IMG/VR virus record: IMGVR_UViG_2744054912_000003
Span: 1-45,289 of that record
Strand: one strand, 5' to 3'
Length of the DNA: 45,289 bases
DNA from: a virus
Taxonomy: Duplodnaviria > Heunggongvirae > Uroviricota > Caudoviricetes
Made by a program: the position numbers and the translations under genes. Under the pieces are notes generated by a model that worked only from the letters and a program-made list of their open reading frames with translations, ran no database searches and was not told where the DNA came from. Positions 7,658-19,181 of this stretch are shown piece by piece. How positions within the stretch are numbered: position 1 is the first letter of the stretch; every line of letters starts with the position of its first letter.

Positions 7658-10600
7658 ATGGAAAGAAAAAACGCCAATATTGACGATGTTATAAGGACAG
7701 TTGAAACCGCCAGCGCGAAAGAGCTGAAAGAGCTTGCAGGTATTCGGGAAGCTGTTGAAGATTTGAAAGGGGAACGCGTTGCAACTGTTGACCCAGTATC
7801 TCGCAGTGTGTCGGCATTAAATCGCACAATCGAAAATTCACGTCCTGACTTTGTGACCAATGCGCCATCAGTGGACCCTATTGTTGACGCAATAAAACGG
7901 CTTAATTTAGGGGACGTTTCTCGTATACGGGAGGACAAAGTCACTAACCGTGAACAGCAGGCTGCACCAACAGCGCACAATCCCCCAAATAGACGAAGAG
8001 AGGCAATAACAGAGGATGTTAAAGCACAGCGGTTAGAAACGGTCAAACTCGCTCGTGATTTGAAAGGGGAACGCGTTGCAACGGTTGACCCAGTATCTCG
8101 CAGTGTGTCGGCATTAAATCGAACAATCGAAAATTCCCGGCCAGACTTTGTGGCCAATGCGCCATCAGTGGACCCTATTGTTGAGGCAATGAAACGGCTT
8201 AATTTAGGGGACGTTTCTCGTGTAGTTCAGGAGGATGTTGCTCTACAGGAACCGCAGGCCAAATCAACTACGCGAAAGGGTAAAAAACGACGCAAGAAGG
8301 CTATAACAGAAGATGTAAAGGCGCAACGGACCGAAGCAGCCGAACACGCTCGCGAAATGTTCGATCAAAAAGGCGGTGCGCAAAAAAGCCAAAACCAACG
8401 CGATGCGCGTGGTCGTTTTATTGGAAAGTCAGGGAGTAAGGCCGCAGCGGAAGATGCCCGTGCTGAACGTGCTGAAAAGGCCAGGCGCAAAGAGGATGAT
8501 GAGCGTCTAAATGCTGAATCAGGTTTATTAAAAAAACTGTCAAAAGTAGCTGAAGGCATAGGTAACCCTTCAGAGACTCGTGCCGTTGATGCGTTAGGTT
8601 ATGCCGTTGCTGGTCCATTGTGGGCAGCAGGGAAGGAGCTTGGCGGGATATCAAAAGAAGTTGGTGGATCGCTTAATGGTGCCAGAAAGTCTATTGCCGA
8701 TGTGATTCGTGGCAATGACGATAACAGCCGTAGAAAAGGTTTTTTTAGGCGTAAATCGCAAAATAGTGCCGATGTCGTTCAGGTTAACACCCAAAAACGG
8801 ACAGTTCAGGAACTTCAGGAGCAGACCAGCGAAATTAAAGAGGGCAATGACAAGATTCTCAGCGCCCTTGATCAGATAGCCAAAAACACCGGGAAAAAGA
8901 AGGGCGGCTTGCTGTCCAAACTATTTAGCCTGTTAGGGAAGGGGGCCGGTGGCGTCGCGTCGTTGTTAATGGGGCGTGGCATGCTGAAAAAAGCTGGAGC
9001 ACTCGCTTTTGGCGCTCTGGGGGCAAAGAAACTTGTAGGAATGCTACGCGGTGGTGGCAAGAAGACTATCGCCCATGAAGGTGGAGATTTGGCTGCCCGG
9101 GCAGCAGGTAAACTTGGATTAAAGGCAGTTGGTAAAGGGGCGTTACGCGCAATTCCCTTAGTCGGCACAGTGGCTGGAGGTATTTATGATGCGGTAACCG
9201 GTTGGAATGATACAGAAGCGCAACGTCGAGCGTTTGGGCTTAAATCAGGACAAGATCCATCATTCCAGCAAAAAGCCGCTTATACGTTAGCCAATGTTCT
9301 TGATATGGGGGGACTGGTATCTGGTATTAGCAGCGCCATTGGTGAGGTTCTCAAATCACTTGGATTTGAGGATATCGGCAATATGTTGCAATCATTTTCG
9401 ACGGAAAGTATTGCCCAGGCCATTGATAGTGGGATTACCAACTTAGAAACATATATTTCTAACCTTGGCGACACCATTTCTACCAAGTTCGAAGATTACA
9501 CAGCAAAGATTGGTGATGCTGTTTCAGCATGGTTTAGCGATACATCTAATAAGCTGCTTGAAAAGCTGGATGCCATCAAAGACTTCTTTACTGTTGATAA
9601 CCTGAAACAGGTTTTCAGTGATGCAATTGATAGTGCAATTGATTTCATTAAGAACCCAGGGAAACACATTAAAGAGGCGGCTGGTAATATTTGGGATGGG
9701 GTTAAAAATTTACCTGGTAAAGCATTAGATGCAGCGGTTGATGCCGTTAAAAATACCCCTGCGGCAATGATTGTATCAAAAATACCCAATCCGATCGGCG
9801 AGGCTAATGCGAAAGAAATCGCTCCAGAGTTAAAAGCTCCGGTTAATAGCGAGGCTAATGCGAAAGAAATCGCTCCAGAGTTAAAAGCTCCGGTTAATAG
9901 CCACCAGGAGACATCTGATTCTAAAACTGAATCCGATGCCAAACAGACTAATATTGTTACCCGCGTGATAAATGCGGCACTGGACACGGCGAAAGATAGC
10001 AATAAAACAGTTAAAGAAACTGCGAATCAGATTATCAATGCAAATGCCGCAGAAACGGGCAATAGCGCGTTGCAGAAAATTGATAAAGCTATTGGTCAAA
10101 ATAGCTCGTCATCATCGTCGCTTAATACCACTGGCACCAGGAATGACATTCAGAAAGCTGCGGATACCTACAACAATGGCCGCTTGGATGTAAAAGTCGG
10201 AAGTCTTGGATCTGAAGGTAAGGCAAATCTCGATAAGTTGGCTCCGTATTTTGCTGAACTAGAGAATAAATATGGTCTTCCAGAAGGCACTCTTTACGCG
10301 ATTGCTGCAACTGAATCTGGTGGTAATCCGTATGCAAAATCCCAAACCGGTGCTCTGGGAATGTTTCAGTTCACGGGGATTGCTCGTGAAGAGACTGGCT
10401 TAGCTGAAGGTGAATCGTTTGATCCTGTGAAATCGGCAGAAGCTGCGGCTCTTCTCATGAGCAAGTATCTGAAGCAAGCCAATGGAGACTTAAACGAGGC
10501 CATCACTGCATATAACGCTGGGTTTGGCACTATCAATAAGTGGAAAAAAGGCACAGGTGACTTATCGAAAGAAAACCGTGAGTACGCGATCAAGGTCAAT

Positions 10601-11398
10601 ACTCATCGTGCTCGCTATTTAGGTGGTGAAATCTATACACCTGGAGCAGGAGCACAGGGTGGGGCGCAATATGGAGTGAGGGGACCACTGCCTGATAACG
10701 CTGTTATCGATCAGTCTACTGGCCTGGCGTTTACCCCTGGTGATAGCCCGTTTGAGAAAGGCGGTCTGGTAGACAAAATCGGCAATGCTGTTGGCGTTAA
10801 CGATCTGGTCAACAAATTCATGAATGGCCGGGGTATGCGTCGGGAAGTCGTTCAGGGAACGCTCGAAGAACGTGCACGAGGGAAGGGGACCGCAACAGCA
10901 GCTGGCAATGTGTATGTTGATACTCCGATGCCAGTTGAAGAGGCGCGTCCGGTGACCAGCAACTCAAGTTACTTTGACCAACTCGGCGCACAAATGGGGA
11001 TTGATGGACTATTCGATAAACTCCGCAACTCGCCGGGGATGCGGAAAAATAATGCGCCTGAACCAGCCTCCACGTCCCAGGTGACGACTGCCGCCAACGA
11101 TTTGCAGCAACCAACCGGTCGTATGCAGATAGACGGACAGGTTATTAGTGACCTTGGTGGTTCCGGTGCCAAGCCGACAATGCAGTTGGCTGATAATACC
11201 GTTTCACTTGATGGTGAAACGAAGCGGCTGTTTGCGCAGATGACCTCATTACTTGCCAGGATTGAAGAGCACACCAAAGACTCGGCGAAAGGCCAGGGAA
11301 CTGTCGTAAAGGTCAGCACGCCTCAGCCGGGCGTTATGCGCACGGTACCACTGTCAATTGATGATCCGTTGATGAATGACTACGCGAGAGTTGATTGA
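7658..11398 (+). CDS. sit: Sit-like injection/tape-measure-type protein with soluble lytic transglycosylase domain
   Basis: 1246 aa; SLT motif LPEGTLYAIAATESGGNPYAKSQTGALGMFQFTGIAREETGL; internal repeats; Gly/Lys-rich segments. Confidence 0.8.
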   Translation: MERKNANIDDVIRTVETASAKELKELAGIREAVEDLKGERVATVDPVSRSVSALNRTIENSRPDFVTNAPSVDPIVDAIKRLNLGDVSRIREDKVTNREQQAAPTAHNPPNRRREAITEDVKAQRLETVKLARDLKGERVATVDPVSRSVSALNRTIENSRPDFVANAPSVDPIVEAMKRLNLGDVSRVVQEDVALQEPQAKSTTRKGKKRRKKAITEDVKAQRTEAAEHAREMFDQKGGAQKSQNQRDARGRFIGKSGSKAAAEDARAERAEKARRKEDDERLNAESGLLKKLSKVAEGIGNPSETRAVDALGYAVAGPLWAAGKELGGISKEVGGSLNGARKSIADVIRGNDDNSRRKGFFRRKSQNSADVVQVNTQKRTVQELQEQTSEIKEGNDKILSALDQIAKNTGKKKGGLLSKLFSLLGKGAGGVASLLMGRGMLKKAGALAFGALGAKKLVGMLRGGGKKTIAHEGGDLAARAAGKLGLKAVGKGALRAIPLVGTVAGGIYDAVTGWNDTEAQRRAFGLKSGQDPSFQQKAAYTLANVLDMGGLVSGISSAIGEVLKSLGFEDIGNMLQSFSTESIAQAIDSGITNLETYISNLGDTISTKFEDYTAKIGDAVSAWFSDTSNKLLEKLDAIKDFFTVDNLKQVFSDAIDSAIDFIKNPGKHIKEAAGNIWDGVKNLPGKALDAAVDAVKNTPAAMIVSKIPNPIGEANAKEIAPELKAPVNSEANAKEIAPELKAPVNSHQETSDSKTESDAKQTNIVTRVINAALDTAKDSNKTVKETANQIINANAAETGNSALQKIDKAIGQNSSSSSSLNTTGTRNDIQKAADTYNNGRLDVKVGSLGSEGKANLDKLAPYFAELENKYGLPEGTLYAIAATESGGNPYAKSQTGALGMFQFTGIAREETGLAEGESFDPVKSAEAAALLMSKYLKQANGDLNEAITAYNAGFGTINKWKKGTGDLSKENREYAIKVNTHRARYLGGEIYTPGAGAQGGAQYGVRGPLPDNAVIDQSTGLAFTPGDSPFEKGGLVDKIGNAVGVNDLVNKFMNGRGMRREVVQGTLEERARGKGTATAAGNVYVDTPMPVEEARPVTSNSSYFDQLGAQMGIDGLFDKLRNSPGMRKNNAPEPASTSQVTTAANDLQQPTGRMQIDGQVISDLGGSGAKPTMQLADNTVSLDGETKRLFAQMTSLLARIEEHTKDSAKGQGTVVKVSTPQPGVMRTVPLSIDDPLMNDYARVD
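7760..8221. repeat. Two ~165-bp direct repeats (7760-7924 and 8057-8221, about 95% identical) inside sit
   Basis: Duplicates the peptide LKGERVATVDPVSRSVSALNRTIENSRPDFV-NAPSVDPIV-A-KRLNLGDVSR. Confidence 0.85.
9800..9901. repeat. Perfect tandem duplication of a 51-bp unit inside sit
   Basis: GAGGCTAATGCGAAAGAAATCGCTCCAGAGTTAAAAGCTCCGGTTAATAGC occurs twice (encoding EANAKEIAPELKAPVNS twice). Confidence 0.9.
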
Positions 11399-11754
11399 TG
11401 GCCAACAATAACGAAATTGATCCTTTGCTGACGCTGGAGTTATCCGGCGTAAAAACGTATGAGTCCCAGGAGGAGGCCTGGGGCGCTCGTTTATATGAGT
11501 GGCTAAACACTTATCAGGGTGAGGTATACGGAGATCCGTCATGGGGCAATGTTTTACCGCAGTTTAAACACGAACCGACCAACTTGTCGCATGTTCAAAT
11601 TGCGGTTGAGGCAATGCTGTTGCAAAAACTGACGGTAGATTTATCTGACATACCGATTTCTGGCTTGTCAGTAGCCGAGGGAGATGCTTTTGATAAGTTG
11701 AAAATATCCATTCGTATCAGGGATATAACTATCACACAGGACGTGGTGCTATGA
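11398..11754 (+). CDS. Small baseplate protein (position of P1 pmgA)
   Basis: ATG overlaps the sit stop (ATGA); ~118 aa, a size typical of gp25/GpW-type baseplate wedge proteins. Confidence 0.55.
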   Translation: MANNNEIDPLLTLELSGVKTYESQEEAWGARLYEWLNTYQGEVYGDPSWGNVLPQFKHEPTNLSHVQIAVEAMLLQKLTVDLSDIPISGLSVAEGDAFDKLKISIRIRDITITQDVVL

Positions 11755-13184
11755 GTAAAACAACACCGACTAAAGACAGTATTCGTGCAGAGTTTGAAGA
11801 GCTTGTCGAGAAAGATTCATTCTGGTCGAAGTTTGTCGGCTCTCAATTTGTCTCGATGCTGACATTGTTTATTACCCAGATTGTCTACAGGTGCTTTCAG
11901 TATGCCGATGCGGCGCTGGCTGAAGGCTTTATATCGACCGCGACGCGGCGTTCCTCTATCTTGGCAGCGGCAGAAACGAATAGTTACGTTGGTACCAAGC
12001 CAACACCGTCATCGGGGATGATTGAGATCACCGCCACAAGTGAAGATGCCCCAGCGGTAATCCCCAAAAACATGCCTTTAATATCTGACGACCAGTACCC
12101 TTACATGACTATGGATGTATGCAGGTTGGTTGACGGCACCGGTACGGTAGAAGTGGCACAGTTGGAAATCCAGGAGGTGACATATACCGTTACGGCAGCC
12201 AAAGAATTTCTGGAAGTCGTGTTATCAAAGGCTCTCACTGCTGTCTGCTATAAGCTGGAAGTATTCGTGACGACCGATGGTAAGACCACGCAGTGGTCTT
12301 CCAGCACTATGTTCCGGTTAGCCGGTAGTAAAAGCCAGGTCTACGTTGAGTTTTATAAACCATCCGAGCAGTTGGGGGTTCGATTCGGTGATGGGCTAAT
12401 TGGGCAAATACCGCCAGAAGGCTCGACCATTACACTTAAGGTATGGTGCACCAACGGAGATATAACCTTGGTTGCTGGCCAAAATCTGACGCCTGTCGAT
12501 TCTGCGGCTAATTTAGCTAATTTGATTTCAGTTAAGACAACGACACCCATAACCGCAGGTACCGATGCCGAAACAACGGAGATCACACGTAATCGTGCAC
12601 AATATTACCTTGCCTATGATGATCAGGTCGTATGGGGCGGGGACTATACGTATTTTCTGGTGCGTAACATCCCGGGACTGTCCTGGGTAAAGGCATGGGG
12701 CGAAGGCCAGCAAGAGAAATTAGATGGTGCTTATAATGTCCGGAATATCAATAAGATATTTATTTCAGGATGGCATCCAAACAAAAGCCAGTCAGAGCTT
12801 GAAGAAATGATCCTGGCTGCCTTTAAGAAGGTGCCGAATGAGTTGAACAAGAAATTCTCGTATAAAGAGGTCAGAAAACTACCCTTTAAGATCACCATCA
12901 CCGGGCGGATATCGGCAAGCCTGACCATTGAGAACGTGACTGATGAGCTGAAGTCGGCACTGGAAACAAAATTTGGGCGTGACTCAACTTTCTTTGATCC
13001 GAACCGTGTCGGCAAGTACATCCTAATCAAGAAAAAAGACGTTTGGGCATTTATCGAAACGCTGGGTTATTTCCGCGACTTTTATCTGGAATTTGTCGAG
13101 TGGAATGAGTCCAACGGCTTTTACGATTTCGTTTATCTGGATACAGAAAACTCCACCTTTAATATTTCGTATGAGGAGGAGTGA
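11751..13184 (+). CDS. Baseplate protein (position of P1 bplA)
   Basis: 477 aa, start overlaps the upstream stop (ATGA). Confidence 0.55.
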   Translation: MSKTTPTKDSIRAEFEELVEKDSFWSKFVGSQFVSMLTLFITQIVYRCFQYADAALAEGFISTATRRSSILAAAETNSYVGTKPTPSSGMIEITATSEDAPAVIPKNMPLISDDQYPYMTMDVCRLVDGTGTVEVAQLEIQEVTYTVTAAKEFLEVVLSKALTAVCYKLEVFVTTDGKTTQWSSSTMFRLAGSKSQVYVEFYKPSEQLGVRFGDGLIGQIPPEGSTITLKVWCTNGDITLVAGQNLTPVDSAANLANLISVKTTTPITAGTDAETTEITRNRAQYYLAYDDQVVWGGDYTYFLVRNIPGLSWVKAWGEGQQEKLDGAYNVRNINKIFISGWHPNKSQSELEEMILAAFKKVPNELNKKFSYKEVRKLPFKITITGRISASLTIENVTDELKSALETKFGRDSTFFDPNRVGKYILIKKKDVWAFIETLGYFRDFYLEFVEWNESNGFYDFVYLDTENSTFNISYEEE

Positions 13185-14020
13185 TGCAGCGTTCCTGGTT
13201 TAATAACCGGCTTACATCAGCTAAGCAAAAGTCATTGCTCTATAAATCATTGGCTGATTTGGTTCAGTCAATGATGGATACCTTTGTTGACCCATGGTTG
13301 GAGCGAATTACCAACCGGAAGTCTATTTTTTCCATGAGCAAGGAGGATCTGGAGACCAGGACAAATGAACTTGGCCAGTTCTTTACTATCAGAACGTCGA
13401 ACTCATCTTCCGTTCCGATGTTGTTACAACAGCGTCTTGATGAGATTCACTTTAAGGGGACTGAACGCCCTATAAACCAGACAATTTACCGCGAATTTAA
13501 CGGTATTTCTGTTTTATGGGATCCGATATATGCACCGGTGGACCTTGAGCGTCATCCCTATGGCACGGTTCTAATACCAGAAAGCACACTGGAGACTACC
13601 GGCGGCACATTCGGCGAGATGTTTCTGACTTCCAGAGGGATGATCAGTATTCCCATAAACGACCTGGCCCGGACAATGGGGATTACTGGCACGATAGATC
13701 AGTCCGCAATTACAGAAGAAATTCTCAGAAAGTTTAATCAGTTCGTAAAGCCTCTACTGCCACTGCATATAGTGTTTGATGGGCTTACGCTCTATTTGTC
13801 GGTTGTTGTAAATGAACAGGCCGACATGATCACTTTGAACGAGATTTCTGATACCGAAAAAGCATTCTGCTGGTTTGAAACTTCGGATACAACTTCGCTT
13901 ACTGGAGTTACGTCGATTAGCGCCCCGATCACCGCAACGCCTGGTGGCACTATTGTGAAAGCGACACCTACGTTTGATCGCACACGCGCAGATGATTTGT
14001 TGCTGGATAGCGACGCCTGA
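13184..14020 (+). CDS. Baseplate/tail structural protein (position of P1 gene 16)
   Basis: About 278 aa, ATG overlapping the bplA-like stop. Confidence 0.5.
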   Translation: MQRSWFNNRLTSAKQKSLLYKSLADLVQSMMDTFVDPWLERITNRKSIFSMSKEDLETRTNELGQFFTIRTSNSSSVPMLLQQRLDEIHFKGTERPINQTIYREFNGISVLWDPIYAPVDLERHPYGTVLIPESTLETTGGTFGEMFLTSRGMISIPINDLARTMGITGTIDQSAITEEILRKFNQFVKPLLPLHIVFDGLTLYLSVVVNEQADMITLNEISDTEKAFCWFETSDTTSLTGVTSISAPITATPGGTIVKATPTFDRTRADDLLLDSDA

Positions 14021-14023
14021 CAA

Positions 14024-14048
14024 TCACCCCGTCCGCAGGGCGGGGTGA
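14024..14048 (+). terminator. GC-rich hairpin between structural genes (possible attenuator/terminator)
   Basis: TCACCCCG-loop-CGGGGTGA followed by a moderately T-rich tract. Confidence 0.35.
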
Positions 14049-14098
14049 CAAGTTACTTCTCTTACAATGAGGCTTCACAACATTGATTAGGGAAAATC

Positions 14099-14533
14099 AT
14101 GTCTGACGTCTCAACAAACCTCTATAAGAGTCAGTTGTTGGACTATTACTATCAGCGGCGCGCTGAATCGTCCATTAACAAAGGCTCTCGATTTTTAATC
14201 AGCAAGGCCGTTTTCGGTACCAGTTCACTGGTTACTAAGAAAGGAGATGGCACTTATGAGATTGGAGAACTGCCAAAGGCTTTCGATCTGGCAGAACTGA
14301 CCAGTCAATTTTGCACCATCAACCTCGTCCCAACCTACTCAGGCGGGATAATAACTGTCCGAATGGACCTTGATCAAAGCCAGTTGCAGGAAGGGAAAAA
14401 CTACCCATTCAACACTCTGGTTGTTCTGGATAACGAGAACAAGCCAATCGCCATTATTTGTGTCCAGGAAGACTCGCTGTATGTGGGCAAAACATATACC
14501 GCAGTTATGGCCATAAACACGACTACAGCATAA
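14099..14533 (+). CDS. Tail-fibre-associated structural protein (position of P1 gene R)
   Basis: 144-aa ORF immediately upstream of the tail fibre gene. Confidence 0.5.
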   Translation: MSDVSTNLYKSQLLDYYYQRRAESSINKGSRFLISKAVFGTSSLVTKKGDGTYEIGELPKAFDLAELTSQFCTINLVPTYSGGIITVRMDLDQSQLQEGKNYPFNTLVVLDNENKPIAIICVQEDSLYVGKTYTAVMAINTTTA

Positions 14534-14544
14534 GGATATGCTTG

Positions 14545-17500
14545 ATGAATGACGTTACAGTTGTCACATCGGTTACTTACCCATCACCCGAGTCGTTGGC
14601 TCTGGTGGCTGATGTGCAATACCACGAACCATATCTGTCAGCCGCGCTAAACCGAAAATTCAGGGGGATTGTTGACCCGGGATTTTATGCCGGTTTCTTA
14701 CCTAAGCCTGGCGGTGGGATGAACCTGTTAATCACCTCAGTGGATGGTGATAAAACCGCAGGCGCGGCGTCGGTGGATATTGGTGAATTCTACCAGGTAA
14801 CTATTCAGCAACGTAAGGATATTTCTCTTGCACTTAGTGCAGGCAAGAAATATGCAATTGTGCTGAAGGGAAGATACCTCCTTGGAGAAGATACCTATCA
14901 GGTGAATACCGCGTCACATATTCATGCGGCTGAATTTGTTTCCAGAACCTATACCGATTCATATCAGTTAGGAGATGGGGAGCTGCTTGTTTGTACGGTG
15001 AATATCCCTGCTGGTGTATCTGCCATTACCCAGGAGATGATTGATACATCCAAGCGTATCAACCGCACGATCGGCATTGATATTTCAGACTCTGTAACCA
15101 GTACCAGAAGTGATGTTGCTGCGAGTTCGCTGGCAGTTAAAAAAGCCTACGATCTGGCTAAAAGCAAGTATACGGCGCAGGATGCAAGCACAACACAAAA
15201 GGGATTAGTTCAGCTCAGTAGCGCAACTAACAGCGACAGCGAAACAATGGCGGCTACCCCTAAAGCCGTTAAGTCTGTAAAAGAGCTGGCTGATACCAAA
15301 GCGCCAATAGAAAGCCCGAGTCTGACAGGAACGCCAACCGCGCCGACGGCAGCGCAAGGTACAAACAGCACGCAGATCGCAAATACAGCCTTTGTTAAGG
15401 CAGCTATAACGGCACTTATCAACGGTGCACCTGGCACACTGGATACGCTTAAAGAAATAGCTGCTGCGATCAATAACGACCCGAATTTCAGCACAACTAT
15501 CAACAATGCTCTGGCTCTTAAAGCTCCTTTAGCAAGTCCTGCATTAACGGGAATACCTACTGCGCCTACCGCTGCACAGGGTACGAATAACACGCAGATT
15601 GCTACGACCGCTTATGTAAGAGCTGCTATCTCTGCATTGGTCGGCTCATCACCTGAAGCTCTTGATACTCTGAATGAGCTTGCAGCAGCACTGGGCAATG
15701 ACCCGAACTTTGCGACAACAATGACAAATGCGCTGGCAGGCAAACAGCCTCTGGATGCAACTTTAACCGCGCTCGCTGCCCTTGCGACTGGTGCAAACAA
15801 ACTGCCTTATTTCACTGGTAAGGATACGGTAGCGCAGACTGATTTAACGTCAGTCGGTCGCGATATTCTGGCTAAAACAAGCACACTGGCCGTTATCCAA
15901 TACCTTGGTTTAAGAGAACTCGGTACCAGCGGTGAAAAGATCCCCCTGTTGAGCACGGCTAACACATGGAGTGCGCGCCAGACTTTCAACGGCGGGATCA
16001 CCGGGGCGCTGACAGGGAACGCCGACACCGCGACGAAATTGAAAACAGCACGCACGATTGGCGGTGTGGCATTTGATGGCTCGGCCAATATCAATCTTCC
16101 AGGTGTAAATACAACAGGTAACCAGAACACCACGGGGAATGCTGCTACCGCGACAAAACTTGCGACGGCAAGAAACATCAACGGTGTTAAGTTTGATGGC
16201 TCAGGCGATATCAACATTAATACATTGGTATCTCGTGGCCGAGTTACGGCGTTAAGCGGCTCTACTCAAGGCACTGCTGGCATTCAAATGTACGAGGCGT
16301 ACAACAATAGCTACCCGACCACGTATGGCAACGTATTGCACATGAAAGGTGCGAGTGCTGCTGGTGAGGGCGAGTTGCTTATTGGCTGGAGTGGTACGAG
16401 CGGTGCACATGCGCCAGTTTTCATTCGCTCCCGAAGAGATAACACAGATGCGGCATGGTCTGAGTGGGCACAGGTCTATACATCGAAAGACTCCATACCG
16501 GGCGTAAATACAACGGGCAACCAGAACACAACAGGAAATGCGGCGTCTGCCACGAAATTACAAACGGCAAGAACCATTGGTGGCGTTTCATTTAATGGTA
16601 CCGCAAACATCGACCTGCCAGGTGTGAATAAAACAGGTAATCAGAGCACTACTGGCAATGCTGCAACTGCAACAAAACTGCAAACAGCACGCACAATAGG
16701 CGGCGTATCATTCGATGGCTCCGCCAATATCAATCTGCCGGGTGTAAACATTGCTGGTAACCAGAACACAACCGGTAATGCAGCTACGGCTACCAAATTG
16801 CTAACAGCGCGTACCATTAATGGGGTTTCATTTGACGGTTCTGCGAATATTTCACTGTCACCAGCAAATATTGGTTGCCCGGCATCTCCTACTGGTTGGC
16901 TTGTAACAGGTGATAATGGAGCTTCAATAACAACAGAGCAATTAGTGACTCTGCTACGAGATAATGGTGCTTTTAATGCAAAGGCATGGATAGCGCGTTG
17001 TGCCTGGGCGTATGCAAATAGTGCATCCATACCAGACAGCGAAACAGGATGCGGCATTATTCCACTGGCTGGCGCAGTTATTGAGGTATTTAATAACGGC
17101 AGTAGCTCAAACAATTATACGATTCGTATAACAACGGCAACAACGACAGGTGTCTCTGGCGCACTCACTAATGCGGAGTTTGTCTATGTGTTTAACGGGA
17201 CGAGCTATTCACCAGGATGGCGCAGAGCGTATAACACTAAAAACAAGCCTACTGCGGCTGATGTCGGAGCTTTACCACTATCTGGAGGAGCGTTAACTGG
17301 CGGATTAACTGCTGCTGGCGAGATTATTTCCAAATCGGCGAATGGTCTGCGCATTGCCTACGGAAACTACGGATTCTTTATCCGAAACGATGGTTCAAAC
17401 ACATATTTCATGTTGACCGATTCGGGTAACAGCCTAGGAACCTATAATAGGTTAAGGCCGCTTATCATTAACAATGCCAATGGTGCTGTTACGATCGGTA

Positions 17501-18564
17501 ATGGACTCAATGTTACTGGCGGCATCAATGGTAGTTTGAACGGTAATGCTGCAACTGCTACAAAACTTCAGACTGCAAGAAAAATATCCGGTGTTCCATT
17601 TGATGGTTCTACTGATATCACTTTAACCGCCGCGCATGTGGCTGCTTTTGCCAGAAGGGCAACGGATACATATGCCGATGCGGATGGTGGCGTTCCCTGG
17701 AATGCCGAATCAGGCGCTTACAATGTCACCCGCTCTGGCGACAGCTATATTCTGGTTAACTTCTATACCGGAGTCGGAAGTTGCCGGACATTGCAGATGA
17801 AGGCGCATTACAGAAATGGTGGTCTGTTCTACCGTTCTTCAAGAGACGGTTATGGTTTTGAAGAAGACTGGGCAGAAGTTTATACCTCGAAAAATCTTCC
17901 ACCAGAAAGCTACCCAGTCGGCGCACCAATCCCGTGGCCATCAGATACCGTTCCGTCTGGTTATGCCCTGATGCAGGGGCAGACTTTTGACAAATCTGCT
18001 TACCCGAAACTTGCAGCCGCTTATCCGTCAGGCGTGATCCCTGATATGCGTGGCTGGACGATTAAGGGCAAACCTGCCAGTGGTCGTGCCGTATTGTCTC
18101 AGGAACAGGACGGCATTAAATCGCACACCCACAGCGCCAGCGCATCCAGTACGGATTTGGGGACGAAAACCACATCGTCGTTTGATTACGGTACTAAACC
18201 AACGAATAACACAGGTGCACATACCCACAATGTATCTGGTACTGCAAATAGTGCTGGCGCACATACTCATACCGTTCCATTAAGGAGACCAAACAGTGGA
18301 GGTATGAATTTCGACTGGCTTGATGGTTCATCAAGTGGCACGGTCGTGGGGAATGGAACAGTGCCTTCTTCTGGTGCACACACCCACTCAGTATCAGGCA
18401 CTGCTGCAAGTGCAGGGGCGCATGCACATACAGTTGGTATTGGCGCTCATACGCACTCTGTTGCGATTGGTTCACATGGACATACCATCACCGTTAATGC
18501 TGCTGGTAACGCGGAAAACACCGTTAAAAACATCGCATTTAATTATATTGTGAGGCTTGCATAA
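14545..18564 (+). CDS. Long tail fibre protein (start moved to the ATG at 14545 with AAGGA ribosome-binding site)
   Basis: 1339 aa; repeated ~39-aa modules GN(Q/A)[31 protein letters not shown]; C-terminal His-rich HxH array ([39 protein letters not shown]) typical of T4 gp37, Mu S and P1 S receptor-binding tips. Confidence 0.85.
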   Translation: MNDVTVVTSVTYPSPESLALVADVQYHEPYLSAALNRKFRGIVDPGFYAGFLPKPGGGMNLLITSVDGDKTAGAASVDIGEFYQVTIQQRKDISLALSAGKKYAIVLKGRYLLGEDTYQVNTASHIHAAEFVSRTYTDSYQLGDGELLVCTVNIPAGVSAITQEMIDTSKRINRTIGIDISDSVTSTRSDVAASSLAVKKAYDLAKSKYTAQDASTTQKGLVQLSSATNSDSETMAATPKAVKSVKELADTKAPIESPSLTGTPTAPTAAQGTNSTQIANTAFVKAAITALINGAPGTLDTLKEIAAAINNDPNFSTTINNALALKAPLASPALTGIPTAPTAAQGTNNTQIATTAYVRAAISALVGSSPEALDTLNELAAALGNDPNFATTMTNALAGKQPLDATLTALAALATGANKLPYFTGKDTVAQTDLTSVGRDILAKTSTLAVIQYLGLRELGTSGEKIPLLSTANTWSARQTFNGGITGALTGNADTATKLKTARTIGGVAFDGSANINLPGVNTTGNQNTTGNAATATKLATARNINGVKFDGSGDININTLVSRGRVTALSGSTQGTAGIQMYEAYNNSYPTTYGNVLHMKGASAAGEGELLIGWSGTSGAHAPVFIRSRRDNTDAAWSEWAQVYTSKDSIPGVNTTGNQNTTGNAASATKLQTARTIGGVSFNGTANIDLPGVNKTGNQSTTGNAATATKLQTARTIGGVSFDGSANINLPGVNIAGNQNTTGNAATATKLLTARTINGVSFDGSANISLSPANIGCPASPTGWLVTGDNGASITTEQLVTLLRDNGAFNAKAWIARCAWAYANSASIPDSETGCGIIPLAGAVIEVFNNGSSSNNYTIRITTATTTGVSGALTNAEFVYVFNGTSYSPGWRRAYNTKNKPTAADVGALPLSGGALTGGLTAAGEIISKSANGLRIAYGNYGFFIRNDGSNTYFMLTDSGNSLGTYNRLRPLIINNANGAVTIGNGLNVTGGINGSLNGNAATATKLQTARKISGVPFDGSTDITLTAAHVAAFARRATDTYADADGGVPWNAESGAYNVTRSGDSYILVNFYTGVGSCRTLQMKAHYRNGGLFYRSSRDGYGFEEDWAEVYTSKNLPPESYPVGAPIPWPSDTVPSGYALMQGQTFDKSAYPKLAAAYPSGVIPDMRGWTIKGKPASGRAVLSQEQDGIKSHTHSASASSTDLGTKTTSSFDYGTKPTNNTGAHTHNVSGTANSAGAHTHTVPLRRPNSGGMNFDWLDGSSSGTVVGNGTVPSSGAHTHSVSGTAASAGAHAHTVGIGAHTHSVAIGSHGHTITVNAAGNAENTVKNIAFNYIVRLA
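16498..16854. repeat. Three tandem ~117-bp repeat units within the tail fibre gene (related copies at about 16009-16215 and 17527-17630)
   Basis: Seen directly in DNA and in the protein repeat PGVN-TGNQ-TTGNAA-ATKL-TARTI-GVSF-G-ANI-L. Confidence 0.85.
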
Positions 18565-19181
18565 TGGCATTCAGAATGAGTGAACAATCACGTACAGTAA
18601 AAATTTATAACCTGCTGGCCGGAACTAATGAGTTTATTGGTGAAGATGACGCATATATTCCACCTCATACAGGGCTGCCAGCTAATTCTACAGATATCGC
18701 CCCACCGGAAATTCCTACTGGCTTTGTGGCAGTTTTCAACAGTGAAAATGAATCGTGGAATATTGTTGAAGACCATCGTGGTAAAACGGTCTATGAGGTG
18801 GCATCGGGGGACGCGTTGTTTATTTCTGAACCCGGACCGCTACCAGAGAATGTCACCTGGTTGTCGCCAGCAGGGGAGTATCAGAAGTGGGACGGCGTAT
18901 CCTGGGTGAAGGATGAGGAAGCAGAAAAACTGTTTCGGATACGGGAAGCGGAAGAGAAAAAGGCAAGGTTGATCCAGGAGGCAACAGATAACATCGCAAT
19001 TCTGCAGGACGCAGTTAATCTTGAAATAGCAACAAACGAGGAAAATTCACAACTGGACTCCTGGAGAAAATACAGAGTATTAGTGAGTCGAATTGATACC
19101 AGTACAGCTCCGGATATCGTATGGCCAGAGCTGATGAATCAGGGTTATGTGCGGGAGGACGAGCAGATAACTTCAGACTGA
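18564..19181 (+). CDS. Tail fibre assembly protein (Tfa; P1 gene U position)
   Basis: ATG overlaps the tail fibre stop (TAATG); N-terminus [58 protein letters not shown] is the conserved Tfa N-domain seen in Mu, lambdoid and e14 phages. Confidence 0.85.
   Translation: MAFRMSEQSRTVKIYNLLAGTNEFIGEDDAYIPPHTGLPANSTDIAPPEIPTGFVAVFNSENESWNIVEDHRGKTVYEVASGDALFISEPGPLPENVTWLSPAGEYQKWDGVSWVKDEEAEKLFRIREAEEKKARLIQEATDNIAILQDAVNLEIATNEENSQLDSWRKYRVLVSRIDTSTAPDIVWPELMNQGYVREDEQITSD

Noticed and set aside
7630-8157. 175-aa minus-strand ORF inside sit
   Set aside because: Antisense shadow ORF that simply mirrors the sit direct repeats; no ribosome-binding site, fully embedded in a well-supported gene.
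14458-14544. ORF-track start of the tail fibre at 14458, overlapping the R-like gene
   Set aside because: The extension starts on a non-ATG codon inside the upstream gene; the ATG at 14545 with AAGGA ribosome-binding site just after the upstream stop is the credible start.
15210-17114. Several minus-strand ORFs of 60-160 aa (15210-15593, 15807-16217, 16641-17114 and others) inside the tail fibre gene
   Set aside because: Ala/Val/Pro-rich antisense frames typical of the repeat-rich tail fibre coding strand; no independent support.
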